Below, piece after piece: positions 36,592 to 46,106 of a stretch of 64,000 nt of DNA. The position numbers and the translations under genes were made by a program. The notes under the pieces are model-generated. The model saw nothing but the letters and a program-made list of their open reading frames with translations. It was not told the origin of the DNA and did not search any database. Within the stretch, counting starts at the first letter, position 1, and the number at the start of each line of letters is the position of its first letter. Source of the DNA: Candidatus Poribacteria bacterium. Lineage in GTDB: Bacteria > Poribacteria > WGA-4E > GCA-2687025. Location: assembly GCA_963665845.2 (NCBI GenBank), contig OY762492.1:1568001-1632000 (forward strand), written 5' to 3'.

Positions 36592-36730
36592 CAGTACGCT
36601 CATGCGATAAACTTCATTTTGACCCTAAAGCGTCCGCCGCCTGTCGCTGTCATTCCCGCGTAAGCGGGAATCTTAAGGCATCGCAGCCGCCGCGCCTGCC
36701 TTTTAAACCCCCCTAACCCCCCTTTTCAAG
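36592..36730. repeat. composite repeat cluster
   Basis: AGTACGCTCATGCGATAAACTTCATTTTGACC + dRS3-like + linker + C-run REP; same order at 39061-39207. Confidence 0.8.
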
Positions 36731-37991
36731 GGGTACTACACGTTTGATTTGCCAGAGGCATATACCCCGCCATTGTTTTCAGCGTTGCATTTTTTACGTT
36801 TTTTCTTGTCGTAATTCGTTGCTTACGACTCATCTTGGGCGGGCGGCGTTCCGTTGCACGCAACACGGCCAGCCCATTTCATGCAATCTCCTACAACTGC
36901 CGATTTTATTTCTGCTCTCGCGCCTGTTTGGCGCATTCGGCACAATCTACCGCTGCAACCATACGGACGATACCTGTATGTATCCTGCCTCACAGGTTTT
37001 GGAACTGCAACCGCCTTATTTGACCAGATCCGCGTAAGGAAGGCGTTTACCGACCATGCGCGGAACAATCTTGGCAAGCGTTTCGATGCGGTTGTCGTTT
37101 CCAACATTGAACCGGTAGACGAATTCTTTGACGTATAGACCCAGGTGTTTAAACGACATGAAATGGTAAACGCCGCGGTACCCGCGTTTCAGGACGGCCC
37201 AGAACGACTCGATGCTGTTGGTGTGAACTTCGCCGCGAACATACTCGCCTTTCTGATGCGAGACAGCGGCATGCGCGTATTCCTCCATGCTCCTGTAGGT
37301 CGGGAGAGCGTCGGTATAAACGGTGGACCCAGGCGCCACATTCGCCCTTACAGCGCCAAGCGCCGTTTCTATCCTCATATTGTCCAGCAGAAACGCGCGG
37401 ATTTCGCCGTTCCTTTGACGCATGCCGATCACGGTCTGCTTGCCGCGGGTTCCGCTTCCGACGCCCAGCTTTTTTCTGCGATGTTTTTTTGTCTCTATGC
37501 CGCCGATGTAGGTCTCGTCTATCTCCACGGTTCCGCTCAGCATTTCGTCGTCGCTTACCATCGCGGCTCGGATGCGGCGGCCTAGGGACCATGCGGAGCC
37601 TGGTTCCTTATGCCCAGTATTTTTCCATCGTAACGCTCGATACGCCTTTTTTAAACGTCAGGAGCAAGTAGAGCGCCAGAAGCCATATATGCAGGGGAAT
37701 TTTGCTTTTCTCTATGACGGTTCCCGTGCGGACGCTGAAATACTTGCGGCATGTTCGGCATCTGAGCGGCATCGGTTTGGCGTTTTTCACTCGGGCGATG
37801 TTTTTGGAATCGCATCGGGGGCAGCAGATGTGGTTCGGCCATCGGCTTTCTTCAAAGAATCGGGCGGCGCTTTTTTCATCGGGATATTTTTCAAAAATCT
37901 CGTAGATACTGGTAGACCGCATTGGAATTTCCTTTCTCAATCTTCCTTTAGAGTAGCGCAATCCGCTTATATAGTCAAACGTGTAGTACCC
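36731..37991 (-). mobile_element. IS1595-family insertion sequence
   Basis: perfect 17-bp TIRs GGGTACTACACGTTTGA; 8-bp target duplication TTTTCAAG at 36723-36730 and 37992-37999. Confidence 0.93.
37016..37922 (-). pseudogene. IS1595 DDE transposase, frameshifted
   Basis: Zn ribbon CPRC/CRTC and HTH in one frame; VEIDETY, VYTD, HTNSIESFW in another; break near 37590-37625. Confidence 0.85.
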
Positions 37992-38097
37992 TTTTCAAGG
38001 GGGGAATCGGACGCGGCCCTCTTTCAAGGGAATCGGACGCGGCCCTCTTTCAAGGGGAATCGAACGCGGCGGCGCGAATATCCCTGAAATCCGGGCG

Positions 38098-38994
38098 TCA
38101 ATCGTTTTTGAAAGCATAAAAACGGACGGCTTTATACGTCCCGGCGATGAGCGTCGTTCCGTCCGGCGAAAAGGCGAGATCAAATGCCCCGCCCCTATCG
38201 CCGACCTTTTTGATCAGCTCGCCCGTATCGGCATTCCAGAGATGAATGCGCGAGTTGAGACCAGAGCTGGCAAGCGTCTTGCCGTCGGGGGATAGAACCA
38301 TCTCATGGGAGTCGTCAGGGCTTGGCAGCGTCTTCATGAGTTTCCCCGTTTCCGCATTCCACAGCTCAATCGGCTCTTCATGACGGAGAACGGCAAGCGT
38401 CTTGCTGTCGGGCGAAAAAGCCATCTTCAAGAACGTCTTTTCCATTTCTATCTTGGCGGTCAAATCGCCTGTTGCAATATCCCGCAGATGGACGCCGTCA
38501 TCGCTGCCGGTCGCGAGCGTCTTGCCGTCCGGCGAGAAGGCGAAGACGCTTCCCTTATGCGCGCGGATTCGCTTTCCTGTTTGGACATCCCACAGAAAAA
38601 CCTGATCGCCCGAGGCGGCGCCGGCGGCGAGGCGGCCGTCGGGCGAAAAACCGACATCGTAGAAATCGGCGTCGTAGTGCGGCAGCGTCCGGAGACGCGC
38701 TCCGGTTTCAACGCTCCAGATAAAAATCTCATCGAACGATCCGACGCTGAGAAGCGTCTTGCCGTCAGGGGAAAAAGAGACGTCGTAAATAGAATGGCCA
38801 TGCCCCTTCAACGTGCGAAGATGCGCGCGTTCGGCGGCGTCCCAAAGACGGATGGTACCGTCGTAGCTGGCGCTGATAATCTGCTTGCTGTCGGGAGAAT
38901 AGGCGACCGACGTAACGATATCGGTATGCTGTTCACACCCCGCAAGCAGCGTCAACGCAGCGAGAGCGGCGAGAACGGCGCGCGTCTGTTTCAT
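38098..38994 (-). CDS. WD40-repeat lipoprotein
   Basis: LLAGC lipobox; repeated FSPDGKTLA..S...I.LW[DN] blades. Confidence 0.9.
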   Translation of the reverse strand: MKQTRAVLAALAALTLLAGCEQHTDIVTSVAYSPDSKQIISASYDGTIRLWDAAERAHLRTLKGHGHSIYDVSFSPDGKTLLSVGSFDEIFIWSVETGARLRTLPHYDADFYDVGFSPDGRLAAGAASGDQVFLWDVQTGKRIRAHKGSVFAFSPDGKTLATGSDDGVHLRDIATGDLTAKIEMEKTFLKMAFSPDSKTLAVLRHEEPIELWNAETGKLMKTLPSPDDSHEMVLSPDGKTLASSGLNSRIHLWNADTGELIKKVGDRGGAFDLAFSPDGTTLIAGTYKAVRFYAFKND

Positions 38995-39060
38995 AGCGTT
39001 TCTCCCATGACCTGAAGATAGCGCCGCTGGGCGTCCAGCGCAACGGGGGCGTTGAGCGGG

Positions 39061-39207
39061 TAGTACGCTCAAGCGATGAACTTCATTTTGACCTTAAAGC
39101 GTTGACGACGCTTGTCGTCATTCCCGCGTAAGCGGGAATCTTAAGACATCGCAGCCGCCGCGCGCGGCCTTTAAACCCCCCTAGCCCCCCTTTTCAAGGG
39201 GGGAATC
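39061..39207. repeat. composite repeat cluster
   Basis: same architecture as 36592-36730 with intact CCCCCTTTTCAAGGGGG palindrome. Confidence 0.8.
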
Positions 39208-39230
39208 GGACCCGGCGCTGCAAATGGACG

Positions 39231-40085
39231 TTATCCGCGCTTCAGGTCTGCCCATAGGAGGCTGAGCGGCGGGGCGGCTTCCACGTTCAGCCTCTCATAC
39301 GGAACGCTCATGGAGGCGCCCGCCATCTTCCATGCGCCGTCCAGCCGCAGCAGCAGGAGCGACAAGCGGCGCAGGTCAACATCCTGAAACGCGACGGCGC
39401 GCTGTTCGTTCGGCGACAAAAACAGGCTGATGCGCTTCTCCGCCACCTCGTCCGGCAGGATCGTTTGCGCCGCCGCCAGCAACGCCAGCGGTCCCTCAAA
39501 CCGGTTGCCGTCCTCATCAATGAACTCATACAACGGAGCGAGCAGCGGTCGAAGATCGTCCAGATTGCCGTCTTCAATCGCGTCCGACGCCGCCGACACC
39601 AGCTCCGCCGGCGCCTCCAGCGCTTTCGATGCGGTTCGGCTGTCAAAACCGGCGGGCGGGTTCTTTGCCGTCTCGCCGTACAGATCCAGATCTGCGATGC
39701 GCCAGACATGCTCCGCGCTGTGGGTCAAACGCGCGATGAGCGTACCCTCGCGCGGGCCCCATGTCCATGAGAAGATCAGCCATGCCTCGTTAACGCCTGA
39801 CCAGACGCGCGGGGCGTGTCGCTCAAACGGAAAATTGGCGCGGTCGCGCAGCAGCATTTGAAGCGCGTTTTCCACTTCGGCGCGTCCGTCCGCCGTTTCG
39901 TTTTCGTTAAAAAAACGTATCCGCCCGTCCGCAAAGAGACGCATGAGCGCGGGAACATCCTTGCGCTGCAGCCCGTTTGAAAGTTCGGATGCCAGATCCG
40001 CGGCGCTCTCCGCCCGTTCAAATGTCCAGTCCCCCCATGCCGAGAGAGCCGTCCAAAAAAGCGCAGCGAAGACGGCAAAGCGCAT
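39231..40085 (-). CDS. secreted hypothetical protein, probably two NTF2/SnoaL-like domains
   Basis: signal peptide; two ~110 aa units ending VWRIA / AWKMA; C-terminal LWADLKRG. Confidence 0.65.
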   Translation of the reverse strand: MRFAVFAALFWTALSAWGDWTFERAESAADLASELSNGLQRKDVPALMRLFADGRIRFFNENETADGRAEVENALQMLLRDRANFPFERHAPRVWSGVNEAWLIFSWTWGPREGTLIARLTHSAEHVWRIADLDLYGETAKNPPAGFDSRTASKALEAPAELVSAASDAIEDGNLDDLRPLLAPLYEFIDEDGNRFEGPLALLAAAQTILPDEVAEKRISLFLSPNEQRAVAFQDVDLRRLSLLLLRLDGAWKMAGASMSVPYERLNVEAAPPLSLLWADLKRG

Positions 40086-40087
40086 CG

Positions 40088-41152
40088 TCAATCTCCGGGG
40101 TAGCGCCATTGCCGCAGCGAGTCGGTCGCGCACAGCGCCGCGTTTTGACCCATCGCAAAGGCGGCGGTGATCAGGTTGCGCTCCCCCGCGACCACATCGC
40201 CCGCCGCGTACAGCCCCGGCATCGGCTCGCCCGATTCGTCCAGAACCTGATTGTCCTCGTCCACCGCAAGCAAGCCGTCCTCGTCCGTTTGACAGCCCCA
40301 GCCTTCCAGAAAGGCGGTGTTCGGCTCAAGCCCTTCGTCCACAAAAAAGCCGTGGAAAAACAGCTGATCGCCGTCCTCCATCTCAACGCCAATCAGATTC
40401 GTTCCCTCGCCGATGTGCCGCCGTATCGGCCGCTCGTCGATCTGAACGCCGCGCCGCCGTATCTGCTCAAGGACGGGCGGGGACATTCCGTGCGGACGCC
40501 CGTTCGTCAGGATTGTCAGCTTGTCGGTGAAATCTTGCGCGCCGACCACCATCTCGTAGATGTAGTCGCCGACTCCGTAAAACGCCATCGGCTCGTTCAC
40601 ATGGAGATGTCCGTCGCATCGTATGCATACGTGCCATCCGCGTCGGTTGCCGGCGTAACGGAACACCGTTTTATACTTGTCAAAAATCCGTTCGGCGGAC
40701 GAATCGGTCTCTATTTCGGGCCACAGGTCTTCAAAGCCGCTGGCGACAATGACCCGCCGGGCGCGGAACGTTTCCCGCGCCGTTGAGCCGTCTTTTCCGA
40801 TGCGCGAGACGGAGCAGTCAAGCGCGAAGGCGTCGTCCGCCTCGCGGCGCAGTTTCAGCAGCACCGCGTTGCGTATGTCGATTCCGTAGAGCCGCCGTTC
40901 GGAGGCGATGACCGCCTCTTTGACGGGGCGCGCTTCCATCCATTCGCGCAGGGCGCGCTTGAACTTGGGACCGGTGATGCCGTCAAAGACCGGGACATCC
41001 TCAAACTCGACCGACTTTGACCAGTAGGCGCGCCCTTCCCGCCGGCTGATTTTGCCGGCGTCCAGAACAAGCGCATGGCGCATTTGATGCGCGACCGATA
41101 TGGCAGCCTGCGCGCCTGCAGGACCGGCGCCGACCACGGCGACATCGTACAT
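40088..41152 (-). CDS. thioredoxin reductase-like FAD/NAD(P) oxidoreductase
   Basis: VGAGPAG, IVASG, CIRCDG, GLYAAGD. Confidence 0.88.
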   Translation of the reverse strand: MYDVAVVGAGPAGAQAAISVAHQMRHALVLDAGKISRREGRAYWSKSVEFEDVPVFDGITGPKFKRALREWMEARPVKEAVIASERRLYGIDIRNAVLLKLRREADDAFALDCSVSRIGKDGSTARETFRARRVIVASGFEDLWPEIETDSSAERIFDKYKTVFRYAGNRRGWHVCIRCDGHLHVNEPMAFYGVGDYIYEMVVGAQDFTDKLTILTNGRPHGMSPPVLEQIRRRGVQIDERPIRRHIGEGTNLIGVEMEDGDQLFFHGFFVDEGLEPNTAFLEGWGCQTDEDGLLAVDEDNQVLDESGEPMPGLYAAGDVVAGERNLITAAFAMGQNAALCATDSLRQWRYPGD

Positions 41153-41177
41153 CGTGTCAAGAGAAGAGGGAGAAGCG

Positions 41178-42221
41178 CTAAGACTCAATATGCACCTCCA
41201 CCGTGTGATAACCTGTGGCGCCTTCGGGTCCGGCATGCTCCACCTTGTCGGTCTGCGTTTTGCCGTCGCGCGTCACGGCGCGGGCAAGAACGACCGCCTT
41301 CGACCGCTCGCTCTCCGCCTCCCATTCATACTCCCAGAGCGACCATGTCAGCGGCGAAGCGGACGACCAGATCGCCGCGTCGTTCCATGTGGCGCCGTTG
41401 TCGACGCTCACCTCCACCTTGTCGATGCCGCCCTGGTTGCCGCCGTCGAATGCGGAACCGCTGATCTTGTATTTCCCGGCGGGAAGCCGATCCAAGCGGC
41501 TCGGCAAGCCGACGCGCGTCGCCGTACGCACCGCGGCGACATCCGACCAGCCCTTCCTTTCATAATAGCCGAGACGCTCGGTATTGATCAGCTGAATGCT
41601 GACGATCCATTTCGGGCATTTCTGCCCGTACTTGCCGGGGTTCAGCAGGCGGACAGGGTAGCCATGGTCGCGCGGCAGCGGAACGCCGTTCATCTCATAC
41701 GCGAGCAGCATGTTTTTGTCTAAGGCGTTCTTGAGCGGAAACGAGGTGGTGTACCCGTCCGCGCAGGTGAAGAAGACCCGCTTCGCTTCGGGGCGCGGCT
41801 TCGCTTCTTTTAAAAGGTCGCGCAGCCGTACAGCGGTCCATTCGGCGTTTCCGATCTGATCCCCGCCGACCGGATCGCCGATGCATGAAAGCGTCCGATA
41901 CTCCTTCACCGGCTTCATCGCTTTCAGCTCGTTCAGATGGTAGCGGCGCGGCTTTTCAACCAGTCCAGCCAGCGCGACGAGCGCCTTCTCTTCCTTGATG
42001 ACAGGCGTTTTGTCGATGCTCTGTATGTAAAAGGTCTCGTTTGGGGTGATCCAGGTCTCTGGGCGCGCGCCGTCCTGTTTCAGCTGCTTCGGCTTCAGCG
42101 GCTCGGTCGATTCGGTCGGGTTTTCCGCCGATTCTTTGCCTTTGAGCGGATCAATCTGAAACAGCAAGCCGGCGGCGCTGACCGCCGAGACGCGCAAAAA
42201 TGAGCGGCGGTCCATGCTCAT
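41178..42221 (-). CDS. Tat-exported sulfite oxidase family molybdoenzyme
   Basis: DRRSFL Tat motif; TLSCIGD, NAEW, AYEMNG, HGYPVRL, PGKYG, KW. Confidence 0.9.
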   Translation of the reverse strand: MSMDRRSFLRVSAVSAAGLLFQIDPLKGKESAENPTESTEPLKPKQLKQDGARPETWITPNETFYIQSIDKTPVIKEEKALVALAGLVEKPRRYHLNELKAMKPVKEYRTLSCIGDPVGGDQIGNAEWTAVRLRDLLKEAKPRPEAKRVFFTCADGYTTSFPLKNALDKNMLLAYEMNGVPLPRDHGYPVRLLNPGKYGQKCPKWIVSIQLINTERLGYYERKGWSDVAAVRTATRVGLPSRLDRLPAGKYKISGSAFDGGNQGGIDKVEVSVDNGATWNDAAIWSSASPLTWSLWEYEWEAESERSKAVVLARAVTRDGKTQTDKVEHAGPEGATGYHTVEVHIES

Positions 42222-42237
42222 GGGCGGCTCCTTTCCT

Positions 42238-43455
42238 TTATGTTGCCTCTATGTCGCCGATAAGTAAAACGTCCAGTTCCGCGCCCGCGTTGACGCCCTC
42301 TTTGTCGACAACCGCGAGGCCGTCGGCGCCGATGAGCGAGCGGAGTATGCCCGACCCCTGCGCGCCTGTCAACTCGGCGCGGAGGCTGCCGTTCGTTTCG
42401 GTTAAAGCGACGCGCATGTAGTTGACGCGCCCGGAAGCGTCCGGGCGTACCGCTTGGGACATTGCCGCGCGAACCGTCCGCCGAAACAGGCGGCGCCGTC
42501 CGCCCATTTTGAGCAGCGCCGGACGCGCAAACAGCTCAAACACAACCATGGACGAAACAGGGTTGCCCGGCAGCGCAAAGACGGGCTTGCCGAGAACGCG
42601 CCCGAACGCCTGCGGTTTGCCAGGCTTCATGGCGACGCGCCAGAAATTCAAATCGCCTAGACGCAGCAGCGCCTCCTTGACGATGTCATGGTCGCCGACG
42701 CTGACGCCGCCGCTTGTGATGAGCAGATCGGCTTGTTCCATGCCGGCGCGTATCTTTTTTTCAACCTCTTCTGCGTCGTCGCCGGCGATGCCGAGGTCGA
42801 TGGGGGTTCCGCCCGCCTCTTCGATCTGCGCCCATAGCCCGTATCGGTTGCTGTCGCGTATTTTGCCGGGCTTTAGCGGTTCGCCGAGGTCCGTCAGTTC
42901 GTCGCCTGTTGAGAGAACGGCGGCGCGCGGTTTTCGATAAACTTCCGCATGCGCAATGTTGAGCGCGGCGAGCATGGCGCATTCGGCGGCGCCGATGCGC
43001 GCTCCCGTTTCAAGGACGCGGTCGCCGGCGCGGACGCTTTCGCCTTTGCGGCGTATGTGGCGCCCCCGCTCCGAGGTCTGCATGACGCGGACGTTTTCGC
43101 CGTCCGTTTCGGTCGCTTCGATCATGACGACCGCGTCGGCGCCCGGCGGCATCATCGCGCCGGTCATGATGCGGGCGGCGCATCCCCGTTGTATCTGGAG
43201 GGTCGGCGCTTTGCCCGCCGGTATGTTGTCGATGACGCGCAGCGAAACGGGGCTGTCGGGCGAGGCATGGACGATGTCCGCCGCGAGAACGGCGTATCCG
43301 TCCATGGCGGAGTTGTCGAAGGGGGGGTTGTCCTCTACGGCGTCGGCTCCGCGCGCGAGGACGCGCCCGCGCGCCTGTTGTACAGCGACGCGCTCGGACG
43401 GAAGCGGCGCAAATTCAGCGAGCGCGCGTTCCCGCGCCTCCGCGACAGACAGCAT
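42238..43455 (-). CDS. moeA: molybdopterin molybdenumtransferase
   Basis: PPFDNSAMDGYA, IMTGA, STGDEL, SGGVSVGDHD, MKPGKP, LPGNPVS. Confidence 0.95.
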   Translation of the reverse strand: MLSVAEARERALAEFAPLPSERVAVQQARGRVLARGADAVEDNPPFDNSAMDGYAVLAADIVHASPDSPVSLRVIDNIPAGKAPTLQIQRGCAARIMTGAMMPPGADAVVMIEATETDGENVRVMQTSERGRHIRRKGESVRAGDRVLETGARIGAAECAMLAALNIAHAEVYRKPRAAVLSTGDELTDLGEPLKPGKIRDSNRYGLWAQIEEAGGTPIDLGIAGDDAEEVEKKIRAGMEQADLLITSGGVSVGDHDIVKEALLRLGDLNFWRVAMKPGKPQAFGRVLGKPVFALPGNPVSSMVVFELFARPALLKMGGRRRLFRRTVRAAMSQAVRPDASGRVNYMRVALTETNGSLRAELTGAQGSGILRSLIGADGLAVVDKEGVNAGAELDVLLIGDIEAT

Positions 43456-43545
43456 ATCGGTTCCTTACGGCTTGACCTAAACACGCCCTTTAACAACATC
43501 ATAGCGGAGAACCGCCCTGAACGCAACCTTTCCGCCCCACTCGTC

Positions 43546-43813
43546 GTCATTCCCGCGCAAGCGGGAATCCAGAGTCCAACAGACAACGTCCGCGTTCACC
43601 CCAAGCGTCCATCCTACACGCCGTCATTCCCGCGCAAGCGGGAATCTTAGGCGCTGTTGTCGTCTGAACTAGGATTGCCAAGATTGAAAAGATTGCCAAG
43701 AAAATTCCGCGCTCCGCTCTCTTGGCAATCTTACTAATCCTTTAATCCTAGTTCAAAACTAAGCGCAACCCGCCCGCTCAAAACCCCCCTGCCCCCCTTT
43801 TCAAGGGGAATCG
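43546..43813. repeat. repeat cluster: two dRS3-like palindromes, an AT-rich long palindrome, a C/G-run REP
   Basis: GTCATTCCCGCGCAAGCGGGAATC at 43546 and 43623; TGAACTAGGATT...AATCCTAGTTCA; CCCCCTTTTCAAGGGG. Confidence 0.8.
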
Positions 43814-43824
43814 GACGCGGAGGG

Positions 43825-43891
43825 CGTACCAAATGGTACGTTTTGAGGCGGGGGCGTACCATATGGTACGTTGGATGTACCATATGGTACG
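43825..43891. promoter_or_regulatory. three tandem GTACCAWATGGTAC palindromes, possible operators
   Basis: copies at 43825-43840, 43855-43870, 43877-43890. Confidence 0.45.
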
Positions 43892-43969
43892 TTTTGGTCG
43901 CGCGGTTCCGTTTTGGTTTTCGGCGGCAGCCGGCGGCGGTAGGACGCTCCGCGCCTGTATTGAAGCGGG

Positions 43970-43998
43970 TTGACGCGCATTCGGCGGTCGGTTACAAT
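43970..43998 (+). promoter_or_regulatory. sigma70 promoter
   Basis: TTGACG-17 nt-TACAAT. Confidence 0.65.
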
Positions 43999-44104
43999 GC
44001 ATATTCCGCTGCCGGACGCATCTTGGCACGATTGTTGCTAATACAGCGTTGCGTCAGCGGACGCATTGGATACCGTATTGAGATTCTTCCAAAGGAGCTC
44101 GGAA

Positions 44105-45580
44105 GTGAAAAAAAGTAACACAAGCCTTGGATTCACGCTTTCCGTCATCTTTCACGGACTGCTGGCGGTCGCGTTGGTCCTGGTGATTCTGGTGGACGCC
44201 GGGATCATCGATAATCCGCTTGAGGGCGAAATCGTCCTTCAAAAGCAAACGAAACCGCCTGTCCGTCCGCCGGTCGTCAGAGTGCAGCCGCGGCCGATGG
44301 TTCTAACCGAAGAGCCGGTGATCTCGCAGCCGCAGCAGGCGCAGCGGTTCACAACGTCGGTGAACGTCAAAACATCAAACGTGCAGGACAGCTCGCCGCT
44401 CGTCCAGGCTCCCCGCAGGGTGCAGGTGAACGCCCCGGTGAACGCGCCGCAGGTGCGCCTTCAGAACCCGAACGTTGAGGTGCCGCAGGTGGTGACCGAC
44501 GCGAACCTTCCCGTCTCGGACAGCCCGAGCGCGCTCTCGGCGTCCGCTCCTGTAGCCGGTTCCGGCATCGGAGCCGGACCGAAAATCGGACGCGGAGTCG
44601 GCGGCGGAGTCGGCGTCGGGCGGCAGATGAAGGTCGCCGGCATCTCGCTCGTCGACCATATCGGCGGCGAAGTGGACGGACTCGGAAACATGGCGGGCGC
44701 CATCACCATCGGCGCCGCGGATGTGCTGCCCCTGCCGAAAGGCGAACCCGGCGGACGCATCGTCGGAAGAGGCAAGGACATCAAGGGCGTCTTCCGCCTC
44801 GTCCGCGTGAAACATTCGCTGTCGGACTGGTGGGCGGACACGCGCGCCTTGACCGCTCTCGCAAAATGGCTCAACGAAAAGACGCAGATCAAAACCGACC
44901 TGAACGTCGAAGGCGGAGCCGTCGCCCTGACCGACGCGAACCTGACAAAATCGCCGATGCTCTGGATGACAGGGCATGACCCCGCGCTTGTGCGCTCTCA
45001 TAACCTGATGCGGGCGGGCGAACGCAGGGACAACAAACTGACCGACCTGGAATCGGCGAACCTGCGCCGGTACCTATACGACAAGCAGGGAATGCTGGTC
45101 TTTGACGACTGCGGGGTGAACGCGCCCGCGCAGGCGATGATCAAAATCTTCCAAGCGCAGATGCGCCTTGTCATGCCGGAATACGGAATCGAACGCATTC
45201 CGAACGACCATGAGGTGTACCGCTCCTTCTACGAGCTGTCAGGACCGCCGACCGGCTTTGACATCTTCTGGTGGGGAACGAAGCCGCCGAAGCGAAACTA
45301 CCTCGAAGGCATCTCGGTCGGCGATAAACTGGTCGCGATGATGATCCGACGCGACTACATGTGCGCGATGGAGCCGGTGAGCCTGCCGACACGTTCCGTC
45401 CATTACTCGCCGGGCGTCTACCGCTGGGCGACGAACGTGGTCGTGTACTCGCTCACAACGGGCAACATCTCCGACTACAAAAACTACATTCCTGAAGACA
45501 CGTTGGCGCAGGAAGACGCGCCGACGACGGCTCCGCAGGCGACGCGCATCTCCGCGACGCCGCTTGAGCTGGAGGAATAA
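44105..45580 (+). CDS. membrane-anchored DUF4159-like protein
   Basis: TonB-like SVIFHG anchor, Pro/Val linker, then DWWAD, PMLWMTGH, LRRYL, FDDCG, DHEVY; GTG start after AAGGAG. Confidence 0.75.
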   Translation: MKKSNTSLGFTLSVIFHGLLAVALVLVILVDAGIIDNPLEGEIVLQKQTKPPVRPPVVRVQPRPMVLTEEPVISQPQQAQRFTTSVNVKTSNVQDSSPLVQAPRRVQVNAPVNAPQVRLQNPNVEVPQVVTDANLPVSDSPSALSASAPVAGSGIGAGPKIGRGVGGGVGVGRQMKVAGISLVDHIGGEVDGLGNMAGAITIGAADVLPLPKGEPGGRIVGRGKDIKGVFRLVRVKHSLSDWWADTRALTALAKWLNEKTQIKTDLNVEGGAVALTDANLTKSPMLWMTGHDPALVRSHNLMRAGERRDNKLTDLESANLRRYLYDKQGMLVFDDCGVNAPAQAMIKIFQAQMRLVMPEYGIERIPNDHEVYRSFYELSGPPTGFDIFWWGTKPPKRNYLEGISVGDKLVAMMIRRDYMCAMEPVSLPTRSVHYSPGVYRWATNVVVYSLTTGNISDYKNYIPEDTLAQEDAPTTAPQATRISATPLELEE

Positions 45581-45646
45581 ACCTATCCGCCCTGATTTCA
45601 TGCCTGCGGCGGTCCTCGCTGCGGGCATGAAATTTGGCTCCGCCTC

Positions 45647-46041
45647 CATGCGATGAACTTCATTTTGACCATAAAGCGTCGGCGCCGGACGTCATTCCCG
45701 CGCCCTCTTCTCGTCATTCCCGCGCCCTTTTCTCGTCATTCCCGCGCTCTCTTCTCGTCATTCCCGCGCAAGCGGGAATCCAGAGGCGAACCCGAAACCG
45801 TCTGCTGTCAGAACTAAGATTTGCATGATTGAAAAGATTGCCAGAAGAATAGCCGAAAACCGACCCATGAGGACATGCATTCCGCGCCCTTTTCTCGTCA
45901 TTCCCGCGCTCTCTTCTCGTCATTCCCGCGCTCTCTTCTCGTCATTCCCGCGCAAGCGGGAATCTTAGTCGCCGCAGGAGCCGTTCCGCTTTACACAACA
46001 GCCGTCCGTCCAGACCGTCATTCCCGCGCAAGCGGGAATCT
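45647..46041. repeat. repeat cluster with 22-bp tandem half-dRS3 units
   Basis: (GTCATTCCCGCGCYCTYTTCTC)n ending in full palindromes at 45757, 45941; another at 46017. Confidence 0.85.
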
Positions 46042-46106
46042 AGAGGCGCCACAGAAACTGTCCGATTGAGCTTAAAGTTGATGCGAAAGATGGATGGAAG
46101 AAGCGG

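Noticed and set aside
45691-45964. Possible CRISPR array (22-bp periodic repeats)
   Set aside because: Intervening sequences are near-identical and ~10 bp; units are halves of the dRS3-like palindrome; no cas genes.
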